A stretch of DNA of 64,000 nucleotides from Ruditapes philippinarum (Eukaryota). The notes beneath the pieces were generated by a model. That model ran no database searches. It worked only from the letters and a program-made list of their open reading frames with translations, and was not told where the DNA came from. How positions within the stretch are numbered: the first letter of the stretch is position 1; each line of letters starts with the position of its first letter. The DNA lies in assembly GCF_026571515.1 (NCBI RefSeq), contig NW_026867385.1, forward strand, positions 124,001 to 188,000. Reading direction: 5' to 3'. The position numbers and the translations under genes are program-made. Below, piece after piece: positions 1 to 14,330 of the stretch.

Positions 1-3000
1 TACACATTCCTTAATACACGTATGAACATGCTAGATTGCACACCGTTTTCATAATTATTTTAATATTGAATTCTGCTCAGCGGTGCTGGGGGCGACAACT
101 AGCATTATACTATGCGGTTAATGAAAGGAACTCAATAAAACTGAGCATGCACTACTTTCATTTGATGAACTTCCTTTACTGACTGTTTGAATTAAATTTT
201 TAGGATATATTTAAAGTACAAACTGAAGTTGAATAGTTTCATGGCCTTTCTACATCAAACAATATACGTATTATGGTATTACATTTTATAAAACAGAAAA
301 TGCTGACTGGCAATTATTATTGAGAAGATATTAAGAATGTGAAGATTACCTACTTTTTTTACCCTTATTAAAAGGGCAACGAGGCTGTTTTGGGAAAAGG
401 GGGAATAGCCCGGTAAAATTTAAAGGAAAAGTAGATGCAGTTTTTCCATGATTTTTTGGGAAAATTTTAAACAAACCCTAACATCGTTTAAAATAGACGC
501 GATTTCCACCCAAATTTGGTAGCGACAAACAATATTGACCCTATAAGTCCTTTTTGATTAAAGGGTCATAAGATTGCCCCGCATTTTCCCGTTTGCTGTC
601 GCTAAAAAAAACAAACGAAAAGTTTTCTGATTATTGAAGTTTAGGGGAAAATTTGTAATTTTGAAACTTTTATTTTTTTTCTTATGTAGCATTTAGCAAG
701 CGCATAAGTTCAGGGAAAACAATTTGTAAACGAAATGCAAAAAATTGCACTTTAATCACGTCCCAAATTTTTAAAAATATTTTTTGACCAAACCCATATT
801 AAGAATGGTTAATAAAGTGTTTTTGCATTTTTTTAAGTTTTTTCCATTGCTTTTACCTTTAAAGGGGTTTTTTAATTTTTATAAATTTTTTAAAAAAAAT
901 TGTTTTAAAAAATTTCTTTTAAAATAATAAATTTAAAACTAAAGACCCTTTTTTGGAATCACTGATAACCGATTGCATATGTTTTTTTTGTTACTGTTAC
1001 TTAAGCTTTTAAATTTTACAAACCAAAACCTGTTTAAATTTCTAGTTTGGAACTTGAAAAAAATTTCCCCAAATTCGAATTTCCTTTAAATCACTCATGG
1101 AGCATTAAAAAATAGCTTTTTTCATATTGGCAACATAAAAAAAACCGGGTTTTCATTTGCATGGTTTGCTCTCTATGCTTTTGAAAAGGGGTTACGTTTT
1201 AAAATGCCCCTTTAAATAAACAAAGAATCGTTTTAATAGCCACTGACATAAACTTAACTGCTTATAAAATGGTTAAACTGAGTATCAAATACGACCTAGA
1301 CCCAATTACAGATTTACTTACAACTAAAATGTTTTACCAAACTCGCAGCAAATATGTGCAAAATTCAAATTATCTCCGAAAAAAAAAATTCAAAAAAATT
1401 GTTTTAAGGCAAACCCAGAAAGTTTATCCTGTTTTATTCACCTTTAAGTTTTAAACGCTCTTTTAAATTCCCCAAGAAAAAATTACCAGGGCCGGCCAAA
1501 AATTTAGTTTTTTGCCCTGCAGGGTTTAGCAAGTTTCAAATAAGTCCCAATATGATCAAATATAATAAAAACAAAAAACCCCAATAGCTCCGGTAAAATG
1601 AAGGGAAACGAATGACGTAAATACAGTTTGGGTTGTTGTCTCAGCTTTGAAAAATAACATTAGAATTTGTTTAAAAAAATTCGGCAAAGCTGACTTTCCC
1701 GGGGGGAATTTAGAAAATAAATAATCAATGAAATTTAACATTTTTTAAAAATGTTGTTTGATGAAAAAAAAAGGCTTCAATACAATTAATTTTTTTTTTG
1801 TTTTATTTTTTCATTAGCATTCTTAAGAGTAATTGAACTGTCCCGATAATACAATATTATAACGCCCACAACACAAGCTCTGTTTTAAGTTACAGTTACA
1901 TATTCCCGCAACTTTGAAATTAATTGGGTAAAATTAATATGACTATAGGGCTACATCATTCATACACATGCGTACAATGAATTACCTACTCATATACATG
2001 TACAGTGAGGTACCTTTTTTTCGGTTTACCAAAAGTTCAACAAATTTTGCCATTTTGCTGACACATTGATGCTCATACTTTGCGACTTTCCAGCACCCTG
2101 GTTTGACAACTGACATATACCTATATTAAAACCATCGACCTGGAAAGGTAACATTATTCGAATAAAGTTTGTGGCGACGTCTTGAAAGGCCATCACAAAT
2201 CATTGTGAATAAAAGATGAAATAGTACGTAAAATAGCATTTTCTTTCTTTTTAACTAGTAGCTGAACGTTTTCATTAATGCGCTCGAATTTTGTTGAAAA
2301 TTTTAAATCAATCAAAATTTACTGTATACAAGTGAAAATCACTTTACTTTTCCACCAAAATTTAAAAGTAATTGTTGTGATGGTTGGCCTAAGCTGTTAT
2401 AAAAAATCTGGATTCTTATATTATTAAAAAGTCATTTAAACAGTACAAAACTCTGTTTTATTGTTTCCAAGACCAAAACCCACACAACATCACGGCACAC
2501 AATTGAACCCAAACTTAAATTTTAACAACACTACTTCAAGACGATGATTGTTGTTAGTTTTCTCATCAGTACATATGCACTAAGTTTTGGTTTCCCGACA
2601 TAAAAAATTCCAGGCAAAAATACAATATCTTCTTAGAGGCACGAAGAAACATGAAATGCTGTGCTTATTATTCTATCACATTGTTAAGTTTTGTGAAAAC
2701 AGATTTTATAACTGTCTGTTGTTACTTTGTACAGAGATGTGAATTTTAAAAGGTCTACACTGAGGTTTATTTTGATATTGCAGGAATGGAAATATTTTTC
2801 GAGATATTTCAGCCATTCAGATATAGAACTGAACAAATATATTCTGTGCAAAATTTCATTCTACGCTCACTCCTTTTTTCAATATTTGTTTCCCAAATAT
2901 GAAAAGCGGTTAAACTTTTTTTAACTCAAAACCTATTAAGAATCACACAAGAAATATATTTTCAATCTAATTTCTTTATTATCATTTTCAGGTCTATATA

Positions 3001-3856
3001 ACCACTCAAATATAATAATATTAAAAGTCTTTGGACCTTTGGAGCTCAAGAGAGTTACTGAAACATCAAATCATCAACTTTAGTTAAGATATACTCCATT
3101 CATACGGCTGGGATGATTAAACAGTAGCATAGCCCAGACTTATTGCAGCAATATTTAGAACCTCATAATCAAATATTTAGTAAAAAAATTAAAGACTATA
3201 ATTATTATGAAATATGTTTATCATTACAACAACTTATTGGATTATTGGCATTGCATAGTAACTGGATATGTCCTTCAAATGATTCAACCTTATTTGAATG
3301 AAAATTCATATGGGTGTTTAGAACTTTAAACAAACTCTTTTAGTTGAAGAATCTTTATAACAATAAATGCGACAATGACTGGAAAATAAATGACATATGA
3401 AAGACTATTTTTCTACAACATAACAAATCTAAAAACCCATTATTTATGTGATTTAACAGATTTAATGAACATTAAGTAATAAATTGCTACTTTTTTCAAT
3501 AAGAATAATGTCGCCTACTAACATTCAATGGCTTTATATGGCTTCATGTCATTTGCTATATACGCATCAAAAGAAGGAAATGTCAGACCATGTGCAAATA
3601 TTTACTACTTCGTGTGTTTTTCTACTTTCCAAAGAATCCTACGCGAAAAGGTAGCTTGTTAGCACTCAGATAAACATATTATACCGACACTGTGTGTGTG
3701 GTATTAACATCGAAGTCACACACGTATAAAATATAACTTCATATGATATGGTAAAAGTACGTTGGATAGAAAGGTTTTGAAATATACAATGTTGAACAAA
3801 GGGTTAGCAGATGTAGTCGACATAGTTTCAAGAAAGCGCTGGGCTATTAAATAGTA

Positions 3857-6800
3857 CCTGTACGAAATTTTCTGCACGGAAATGGGGCGGAATTCAAAGG
3901 CAGATTCCGCCCAGAAATTTAAATTCTCCCCCGAATATACAAGTGTTAAACCATTTGCTTTTGGCACGGATTCCGGCCGGATTCCAGGCGGAAATGGAAC
4001 GGATTCTGGGCGGAATTGGGACGAAATATGCAAATGAGTTGGGGCGGAATTTTGAAGCGGAATCTTGGGGCGGAATTTTGGAGCGGAACCTTGGGGCGGA
4101 ATTTCGGAGCGGAATTGTCAAACAAGATTCTGGGCGGAATTCTGGGACAGAATTCAGGGGGCGGAATTTCATGAGTTTAACATGATCATATATTTTGGGA
4201 TAAAATTATCAATAATGTATCACATTAAATTTTCTTTCACAAAATTTAATAAAAAAAATATCATATCCTTTAGTCCAAATACAGAATAGAATACCCTACA
4301 TTCACTATAACACAGTTTTTGTCTAGCTGCAGGTTTTGGAATCTTAGAATCCAACACTTTGTGGTTTTTTTTTGCAATTATTTTGCTGGAAGTGTTTCAA
4401 TCATAAATTTGTTTCAAGTGTTTCTGATTATTTAAATTACTATTTCTTTAATCCATGTCTGTTTTAAGTCCACTGCCTGTGTTTCCTAGAACTTCTTGTG
4501 GTTGTGCTCACCTTTAATAATAAAATTAATAATTAATTAAACAAATATTTTGTAATGAATTGAGCCGTGTCATGACAAAACCAACATAATGGGTTTGCGA
4601 CCAGCATGGATCCAGACCAGCCTGCGCATCTGCGCGGTCTCATCAGGATCCATGCTGTTCGCTTACAATCCCTATTACAAGTAGAGAAACTGATAGCGAA
4701 CAGCATGCTGGTCTGGATCCATGCTGGTCGCAAACCCATTATGTTGGTTTTGTCATGACACGGCTTAATTATGTTTTATTGCATAATTATATGCAGTTAT
4801 ATTTTATTTTTAATAATATCAAATTTTATGTTTCAACAGTATTAAATATTAACTATGCTTATAAAGCATATTCAAAAATAGTAAAGCAACACAGAATCAG
4901 TTATTCAAGTGTACAAGTGTTTAAGAATTGCTCTGTATAAGAATTAACTGAGTCACTGACTGCTTTATGTGTGACACTATTTATTACTGGTTATGTATTT
5001 TTCAAGGAAAGATGTTGAATAGTTAAGCATAGAGATCTAAAAATATACCTTTTCAGGATTAATACTGCACATCATTATTAAACACCTGGCATCTCACAGT
5101 CAGCACTTAAGTCCCTGAGCAGCCTGCAAATTATGAGTGTAAAATGTAATTTTAGATTGTTCCATAGGAAAGACAACACAAACATGTAAAATAATAAATG
5201 ATTATGATGACCCTGTTCAACTGTACAAAACTACTGATTGTACCATTTAGTCCTATTAAATCAAATTCATTTAATTTGTTTAATTTCCAGGAAATGCAAA
5301 AGATATACTTACATGCTATTTATACAATATAGATTTACACAATCATTATATTAACAAAAAAATCATTGAATAATTTTTAACTTGCAAATATTAAATACAT
5401 GTATTAAAGATTTAAAACAATTATCAGAAAAAAAACAACAAATGTATGAAGTTGAAAATACTAAAACAACAATGACCTCTTGTTACAAATTTTAGTTGGC
5501 TACTAATAGTATTGATAGTCGTCATATAAAATTAATGTAACTAAAAGTTAATAATTACCTGATTATGCTATACATCTCCTTGTCCCATGTTATCATACCA
5601 ATTACTTTAACACTTTGAGATCTTAAACAAAACTTTACTCCAAAATTGTTAAAATATCAAGTACATCCTCTGTAATGCTGACCCAGATATCTTAGAATTC
5701 AAAATTCCCAACAGTTTACTGTATAATGGACCGGTCCATCATTATGTTAAACAGGGTTAATTTACTCATCATCTTAACTTTCATTCATTGAATGTAAAAG
5801 ATAAATCAAATAACAAATAGATATATATAAATTTTAAAAAACAATTACAAATTTTTGTACAAAAAAATTGCAATATGTCCTAGACAAATTCTAGTATCAT
5901 ATGCAATTTATAATGTTATCTCTCCCCAAAATAATTACATGGAACAGCCTGATCTGTTGGAATGACCAGTCATGCATAGATGATGGGAAACTGCTGGTCA
6001 GTAGAGTTTTATCAGAGCTCTGATCTGTGTAGTGTAAAATCTAGGTGAATATAATCTCAGTGAGAATATACATTGTAGTATTTATTTACCTACGGTAAAT
6101 AAAAGCAATTATTGGGCATATTGGTTGATCAATTTTATATAGATTAAAAGGGCATTATATACGAGATTATTTCATGCACTGTTTTGTTTTGTTTATTTTC
6201 TTTATAACAAAATCATGAATTCTTAGAATTTAAAATGGCAAGCACACTTATAATCTTGTCCCGATGTGACTGCCCTATATTCTATAGTATATTCAAATTT
6301 AAAAAGCATTCTTATTTTAATGTTGCTTTAAGATGATGTCCTAAAATCATATTTAAAAATTCATAATACAGTAAATGTATTATAATACAAGCTGTATGAA
6401 AATCTTTATATTATAAACTTAAGCATTTTGGAGGTGAATGTTTTCAAATTTTACACTAAGATTATTACAGTTGTTTTTCAGTACAAAAAATATAAATTAG
6501 TCTGACAATATATTATTAATGCCACATTTTTTATCTAAAAAGAAGGCCTATTTTCATGTCTATAAAAAAATAATATATTATTTCTAAAAATACACCTGTA
6601 ATTATTGGTTCAGCAAAAAACATAAGTACAGTAGGTAAAATTTCAATGTCTGCAAGTGCAAAAACAGGAGTACAATTATGATTTGGACATCTTATATGTG
6701 AAATTCTGTTCAAGAAAAATGTTTAAGTATAGAATTCCGCCCATAGTGAAGACTATTCCTACCCAAAAAAGTTTCAAAGTTGAAAATTCTGTCCAAGATG

Positions 6801-7007
6801 AAATGTTTAAGTATAAATTCTGCTCAAAATAAAATTCCAGCCGGAATTTTTCTAGTTTTCCGCCCAGAAAAGTGAACAAAATATTTTTTTTGTGAGACAG
6901 AATGGCACGGATTTTGCGTTTCCGTCCCTGGTCCGCCCAGAAATCACTGATTCCGTGCGAATTCCGTGCCAATTCCGCCCAGAATCCGTGCCAAAATTTC
7001 GTACAGG
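3857..7007. mobile_element. Non-autonomous DNA transposon with 15-bp TIRs, TA flanks and GCGGAATT subterminal repeats (CMC/EnSpm-like architecture; superfamily uncertain)
   Basis: Left end ta|CCTGTACGAAATTTT (3857); right end AAAATTTCGTACAGG|ta (ends 7007). Many GGCGGAATT/GCACGGA motifs at 3875-4170 and inverted AATTCCGCC/TCCGTGC at 6730-6995. No transposase ORF inside. Confidence 0.85.
4558..4770. mobile_element. MITE with ~60-bp near-perfect TIRs, nested in the 3857-7007 element
   Basis: AATTGAGCCGTGTCATGACAAAACCAACATAATGGGTTTGCGACCAGCATGGATCCAGACCAGC matches the reverse complement of the right end (...GCTGGTCTGGATCCATGCTGGTCGCAAACCCATTATGTTGGTTTTGTCATGACACGGCTTAATT). Confidence 0.9.
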
Positions 7008-8389
7008 TAAACAAATTGAAACACTTCTACTACATAAATGTATCACACACATATCAACGCAAGTCCTAAAGTAATTGGAATAAGGACAAATAATAAGAGT
7101 TTATTGTTACCATTCAAATAAATCTATGCTAATTTTTCCACTCTCAATTATATGTGGTACAACGTTTAACAGTATCCACTTATCACATGCAGCCCCTCAC
7201 ACGTTCCAGACATATGGTTAATGTAATCAGAATTTCTATTTGTTAATTGCAATTTGGTAGATTCAAGACGGCCAAACAATACAAAAAGTAAAACTGATAT
7301 TATGAATAATGACAACATTGACAATTAACGAAAAATGTCATTTAAAAGCAGCCAGCAAGTGCAACATCTCTCGCACCATTTGGTACATCGGCTTTAGCTG
7401 AATCCACTCATCAATGCAATCACTTTTAAGCTAATCAGGACCAAACGAGAGCATTGAAACCCATAAACTGCTGCAAGAAACGTCTAAACAATCGACTGAG
7501 ACTGACTCTTTATGAAATATGATTTATAAAACGATGGTTTCTGTTGAACGTTATAGCTCATGCGAAATAGCTGGTCAATTTACAGAGTTTATTGGATTTT
7601 CAGCCAGAGAAAATGGCAACTTTTTACTTGAAATAAACGAAAATAAAACAAGTATATCAATAAAAACTAAAATAAACTTAAAAATATTTTTAAAAAATCA
7701 TATTTATTGGATGATCTATTTCATGAACATGATATTCAGATGTAATTTAAAATCACAATTCAGGTGCATACATGTATGTTATACATGTACAACAATAATA
7801 TGATATGCACATTTTGGTTAAAACACTCTCCACGTAAATACATGTGTGTCATGTCCAACATTAGTATTATAGATTCATTGTCTTTGTACATGTTAACCCT
7901 TATTGTACTTAACGCTATTAAGTCAGCTTAGTTTACTCTCTGCATGCAGTTAAGGAGGAGATTACTAGAACATCGACTGTTCAAGTTGACATGACAATAG
8001 CATTGACGTAAATGCTTTAATCAAGTTACCCTTGAGATTTGTCTATATTCCACTACTTATCAATAATTAGTCTGAACAACATTGGAAATATTATCCGAGG
8101 ATGTGTTTTGGTAATAATCATTTTCTATATCAAATATAACGTTTAAACTTGTTTTCAATTTTTGTTTTGATTGACCTTAACGGAACATCACAACCTTCAA
8201 AGGAACGTCAATAGTAAACGATATGAAATAGAAAACAAAATATTAAAGAAATGTCAAATATAAAGAGAAGCTTAAATTTCCTGATGTATAACTTTATTTA
8301 CTACAAATGATTAAATAAAAAATGCACAAAACTGAAAATAATAGAATGTAGCGGGAATAAATTAGGCGTTTAATTTAAACAAATTTATC

Positions 8390-8566
8390 TTAATTCGATT
8401 GAGTTGGCAGCTATAAGCTTATTGAGACACTCTCGTATTCGTTCCGGGAACCAACCAGTACTAAGTAATGAATGTATAGTTTCTTGCTCAAGGAAATAAC
8501 AGCTTGCCCCTGACAGGGTCTGAACTCACGCGGTCAGCAATCCTTAGATTACTAAACCGCCACTCA
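8390..8566 (-). mobile_element. Degenerate tRNA-derived SINE with CORE-like segment
   Basis: Minus strand has a B-box-like GAGTTCAGACCC followed by TCCTTGAGCAAGAAACT...CTTAGTACTGGTTGGTTCC, resembling CORE-type SINE bodies. Confidence 0.6.
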
Positions 8567-9206
8567 AAATAGGCGTTTGAAATGGGTAATTTTTAATATA
8601 AAATCATATATTTTAACTTATGGTTACAATTGCATTTAAGGAAAATAGAATATAATACATGCATAACATGAGAACTATCTTCAGGTAATATCAGATTTTA
8701 GTAAGAGAAAATCATTGTTTAGTATGGACATAAAACTATGTTTTTTCATCTCCACCCATAATCTACTGAATTCGTGTTATTCATTCCAAAACTTTTGAAT
8801 AAGGAACAGTCCTTTTTAAAAGTGTAAAGGATCTCAATATCAGAACAGAAAAAGCTGCAAACAGTAAAGAGATTGGTAAGACTATGTCAAGATGCACAGA
8901 CTGCCCTGACTCTGCTGGCAGCAAAGGTTACTTCCTTTACATGTTAAGGCTTGCATTGAATTCCCATTTTTTGTGCGGTCTTTTGGGTTTATTCTCTAAT
9001 TTAATAGGAAAGCGCTGACATTCCATTCTTCTATGAATTGTTTAAGTAATAGAAGATTAATTATTATGTGTGATATCTAGATGCATAATAATTTATAGAC
9101 CATGAGACAGTGATAAATAGATAAGGCCGTTTCCACCACATTTTAACTATCATATTTGTTTTAATTTTGAAATAAAGTTGGTAAAAACACGTATACATTG
9201 GATGCA

Positions 9207-9644
9207 ACGGGCACCTGCTAAATCTCTATCACGTTCGCGCGACAAACTTGTCGATATAGGTCAATCCGAAAATTAAGAAAATTTGCAAATTATCACAAAA
9301 CCGGATTGACCTCCTTATTTTGTAAACAGAGAATTTTCGGCCAATGAGAACAAAGGAGGCAATCCTCTCTAAACCAATCAAAATTAACTTTATAAAGCGG
9401 GTGTTCGGTAGAACTTACAAAAACTACAAAATTTAAAACAAACTCTGCTAATTACAAACATGTAATTAATTATATGCATACCAATGTATACGGTTTATAA
9501 CATTTAAATAGAAACCAACAGTCAGCCCACAATGAATTGGTCAGAAAACGTTCCTGACATGCCTACTTCGCAAGTCTGCGAACTCTACAATATAGGTAAT
9601 ATTTTAAAATTTTTTAGTTACACTAAATATTAGATAGACCTGTT
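9207..9644. mobile_element. Probable non-autonomous DNA element with weak terminal and internal inverted repeats
   Basis: CpG-richer block. Internal 11-bp inverted repeat AGGTCAATCCG (~9258) / CGGATTGACCT (~9302). Loosely inverted ends AACGGGCACCTGCTAA / TTAGATAGACCTGTT. Confidence 0.4.
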
Positions 9645-12600
9645 ATAAAAGACGGTAACTTCTATAAACGTCTTGGCCAATTTTAAAATAAGTGCTTTTT
9701 AATAATTTAATTTTAGAAGTCTTAATCTTAGTATGGGATTGCCCCATCTTCCTCCCATGGCAGAGGTTGTACGTAGTGACTACCCTGTCATGGGGGATAT
9801 GGTATGCACATAAACACATGTACGGATATAACAATAAGTAATTAAACATCAGCTCCCCCTTTTTTTAAAAGGTTATAAATGAAGTATATGCTCGCCCATA
9901 TGGTCTCTTTCCGGTGGCGAGGGTAAACAAACCCAAACACACACACACATTCCATTGTCATATCGCAACATGCACGAATAAAACTAGAAAAACGAAGGTT
10001 ACTATACTTTAGCCTACTTTAAAATTCAGCTAAACGAATTAAATGTACTTCTCGTTTGTGGCAAGCTGCGGCGTTGTAATAATAATTCTAATTGGTACTG
10101 CAATTTTGAAATATAATCATTAAGTCAATTGATGAAATGTTTGTATCATGCAAATGTCACATTCATTTTCTGTTCCTGCAATTAAGAAACCTTTATGACA
10201 TTATATGTTCTCTTTTCCGTAATACTTGAAACACTAGCTGATTTTATTAAGTCACGTTTAAGTGTTCGTTTGGAATTATTGAAATATCGTCTGCTACAAG
10301 AATATATCTATGACGTAGGTGTTGACATATCGGAGATTCCCGGCAATCCTAATCAAGTTTACAGTCTTTCAATCAGAAAGAAAAATGAATGTTTAGTTTC
10401 CGATAACAAAATGTTTTAGGGTCTTATTCTTCATGAACTGGCTTGATGCTTTTTTGCATATGATGCCTTGCGAAAAAATGTACTTTTTTGCTTTTGCTTG
10501 TCTGTCCGTGGAAATTAGGTCTTTATTGAAAGTACACTGAATTATCTGAAGTAAACATAATAGATTTCCATCTACAAACTTTAAATATTTATTTTATGTG
10601 TTGATCGAAGTGAACTCCAAGAAAAATATGGTGAATAATAAACAGACACGTTTGAAGACAGTAACATAAAAAGATAGGGTTATGGTTTAGACTTTAATGG
10701 TAAGGTCATAATCGAATTTAACTCGTAATTTTAACAAATTATGCACGCAAAAAGTGCAAATTAACTATAAATTATTACTTTGGAACGAAATTAAAAATTA
10801 AAATATAGGTCATCAGTATATATATAATCTGATATAATCTTATTTAATCAGTCAACAAAAACATAAATCAATTTAAACATTTATTGGAGGTATATTAATG
10901 TTTGATACCAGTTACTTTTTCCATGTTTGCAGATTAGGACCTTTCAGAGCAAATACTTTGTTTTTCTGTCTCTGTTTTGGACTTGATGAATTCTATTGCA
11001 CAAACGCCACTGCAACAATCAATACACGTTAAAACCAAACAACAATGTTTCCAATCAGCGCAAAAGCACTGATGACGTCAGTCTACTTGTTTTTCATAAG
11101 AACAACAACTATAGTAAAACATCACGCTGTGAAGTCATCTCGGAATGTGTCTTTTAATTATTGCTGTTATATGTTGATATTGTCCGATTTTTGAAGAATG
11201 GATAATAGTTGGACATTTTAATGACAACGCAAAGTAAAACTATATGAAAACTTCTTTTCTGATATATTTCGTTTTTTATTGATTTTGCAATTTCGAGCTT
11301 TTTGAAAATGTCATTTAAATGTTTCAAGATAAATGATTAATATGTATTTTACCAAAATGTGGATACTGTAGACCATTCCTGAATAGATAACTTTCAAATC
11401 TGCTAATGAGAATTCGAATCCCTCTTTTTTGTTGTTGTTGTTGTTGTTGTTTTGTTTGTAAAAAATGATGGTTATACAAATACAAATTTCAAATTCCTTC
11501 TCTTTCTGTATACTTCCCTGAATGACGGAAGAATTTATACACGGATCAGGTTAAAAGAGCTTTTAATGATACAGAAATATTTCTTTTTCATAGCGATAAA
11601 CAATTTCTTACTTGCATTCATCTCATTATAATTTTTTTTAACATTCATAAAATGTCACGTATTAATTTTATAAAAAATGAGAGATCTGATTATTCTTTTG
11701 AAAATGCATGATTGTCAATTTTATAAAACATTTATAAAAAACATGATTTTGTAGTAAATGCCAATAACTTGTTTATTGTTGGCCTAAAATCAACATTCTT
11801 TCAGAAGTATCACTAATTATAGTATGAAGAGGCAATATGTCACAATTTTATATACATTAAATATTTGAACAGTCACCTGCTGAACTGAAAACAAAAATAT
11901 TTGACTAGCTTTCATTTTTTAAACTGTTTATTTTTTATTATGAAGATTTTAACCTGAAAATTTAAAAGTAGCTGCCCAACAAAGAGAAACATCATTTGTG
12001 GTAAATTGTTACAGAAATACTAAAGAGGGGTGTTTTGCTTTTGTTTGTTTTTTTTCTGTTTTTTTGTTTGTTTGTTTTTTTTTTTAGTATAATAATTTAT
12101 TTTCTTGATATTAGATATATTCGATTTCTGAAGAATGCATTACAGTCTAGCAATTTTACAGAGGTGCACATGAAAAACTATCTAAAAATTTCTTTCATGT
12201 CATTTTACAAGTTTGAGCTATTTCAAATGAAGCTTTTAAGATTTGAAGATAAAGGTTTCAGTATAATTTGCTCAAATTCCTGATTATGTGTATCATAATC
12301 TGCTAGATCTTATTTTTTATGGAGGATGAAGGTCAAAATCCTCCATATCCACTCTCTGAATGATGAAAAAATTATCCAATAAGCAGATCATTAAGCTTTC
12401 ACTATACTGAAAATTTTGCGCTTGAAGGCAATTAATAGTGACTTGCTTATTTTCATCTTAAAATTCCTTCTATCTTAAATGTCACGTACTGATTTTATAA
12501 AATTGAGACATTAAATTTTGTGCTAAAACGCATGGACTTGACCTTTACAAAACGTTAAAATAGAGTGAAATAGATTCCATAAAGAAGTCCAAAAAAGGCA

Positions 12601-14207
12601 AATCGAAATGGTGCAGGCTCGGTTTGATTGGCCCTGTTCATTGACGTTACTAAAAAGTTCAAGCTACGGTCCAAGCCCCTCTAGCACCTGCTTAAGCAGA
12701 ATTCAACATTAAACGTCAAATTGTATTTTTTATCTTTTTAATTATGATTTTGTGAAGGGCAATGACTTGTTTATCTTGAGAAAAATTATTGGAATGAATT
12801 CAAGATATATTGAAAATGTATATCCCTGTTTACGGTATGGTGTGGTATAATATCACTATTACAAATACATTGAACTTTGTAACTTTTAAATAGACCAGCT
12901 TCTGGTTTGTAAAAGAATAAAACTGTCCGCTATCTTCTTGGGGTTATAGGATGTAAATTAAATTTAAGGCGTTTTGGCATTTTAATGACAATTCTAATGA
13001 ATACTACATCAGTGTGGGATTTTGTTAAAAGCAATTTCTCCTCAGAAATGAAGAAATATTTATTTCTTTATCTAGACTGGTCAATCAGTTTTATAACCTT
13101 AATGGTATAAAAACATGTTAGATGGTTTCTACCAAAATTAAATAGCGCTAAATATAAAATAATATGTAACAAAAGGCTGCAAAATATACTCTAAACAGTA
13201 TTTTGACGTTCATACAAGATAATAAATCCCTATAAATGTACTAATTGCCAAAAAGCAACTGAAGAAGAAGACAGTTCAGGTAATTGGTTAACGAGTACCT
13301 TGGAAACTATAAAAATGAATTCATTTCTGGGGCGTAATGGGGCCTTGATACAAAATTCTGTTGTTTTTGTGGTTGTTTTAATTGTTATTGTAGCTTTTTT
13401 TAATATGTCACGTTTGAGTGTTTTCCTGGAATTATTAAAAAAATTCGTCTGCTGACAAGAAATACATCTATGACGTTTATTTAACAAATCGCTGATTCCC
13501 GCAAATTTGTCAAGGCAGTCATATGGGAAAGTAAATTCTTAAGTTCTAGAAGACGTGGCGTAATTTATTTTTCGTGAGGAACTGGCATTAGGCGCTGATG
13601 AGAGTCACACATTACAATTAAGATACTTTCTGTATCACTTATGCTTATCTGTCTTCGAAAATTAGGACTTCTCTGAAAGTATTTTGAGTTTACATATTTA
13701 AAAAGCATTGTCTTTAATTTATGCTTATGAACGTATTGAACTACAAGAAAAATGTACTAAAATATTTTAATAAAATAAAGACCATTCGTTCGTTTGTTTG
13801 TGTGTTTTGTATTTTGTTTTTGTTTTTGGGAGGGTGTTGTTGTTATTTTGTTGTTGTTTGTTTTTGGTGTTTTTTGTTTTTTTGTATTTTTGAATATGGT
13901 AGCATGAAAGAAAAGGTAATGGATTACAATTTCATGATAGGCTACACCGTCTGATTTCACACCTAACATAAGCAAAATGTGATAAAATGCAAATGAAATA
14001 TTAACTTTTAGTTTGGAATGCAATGGGGACACATTGGAAACCTTTATTATCAGTTTGTTCCATGTTAATCGTTTATGATTTAGCGTAGGTACTTTTGTGC
14101 CGAATACTCGTAGTTATATTTTACTTCTAGAGCGAAATACATGTACTTCCATTGACTTCACAAAACAAGAGCATCGACTGTAGTAAAACATTACACTGTG
14201 AATTCTT

Positions 14208-14330
14208 AACGGAACGCCGGTGGCTCTACTCAGGTGCCTGTTTGTGCCAGAGGGGCACCTGAGAATTTCCTGTACCAGTAAAGCTTGAAGATCGCCATAT
14301 GACCTATACTGTGATAATATAACTAAAAGT
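14208..14330 (+). mobile_element. 3' fragment of a tRNA-derived SINE (same family as 48903-49188)
   Basis: ACGGAACGCCGGTGGCTCTACTCAGGTGCC...GAGGGGCACCTG...CCAGTAAAGCTTGAAGATCGCCATATGACCTATACTGTG parallels CAGTAAAGCTGGAGAGTCAC..CATGACCTTTACAGTG at ~49125. It interrupts the array unit. Confidence 0.7.

Noticed and set aside
3716-4289. Four overlapping ORFs with repeated FRPES/GRNF peptides (also 6676-7074)
   Set aside because: Artefacts of the GC-rich subterminal repeats of the TIR element.
9338-9400. Double CCAAT plus TATA as a host promoter
   Set aside because: Lies inside a probable repeat element with no adjacent exon evidence.
11065-11110. C/D-box snoRNA reading of TGATGA in the CCAAT/CRE module
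   Set aside because: No conserved D box or terminal stem at a consistent distance across copies, and the 16551 copy lacks TGATGA.
12035-14032. Hydrophobic or low-complexity ORFs (12035, 13721, 13757)
   Set aside because: Derived from T/G-rich simple sequence.
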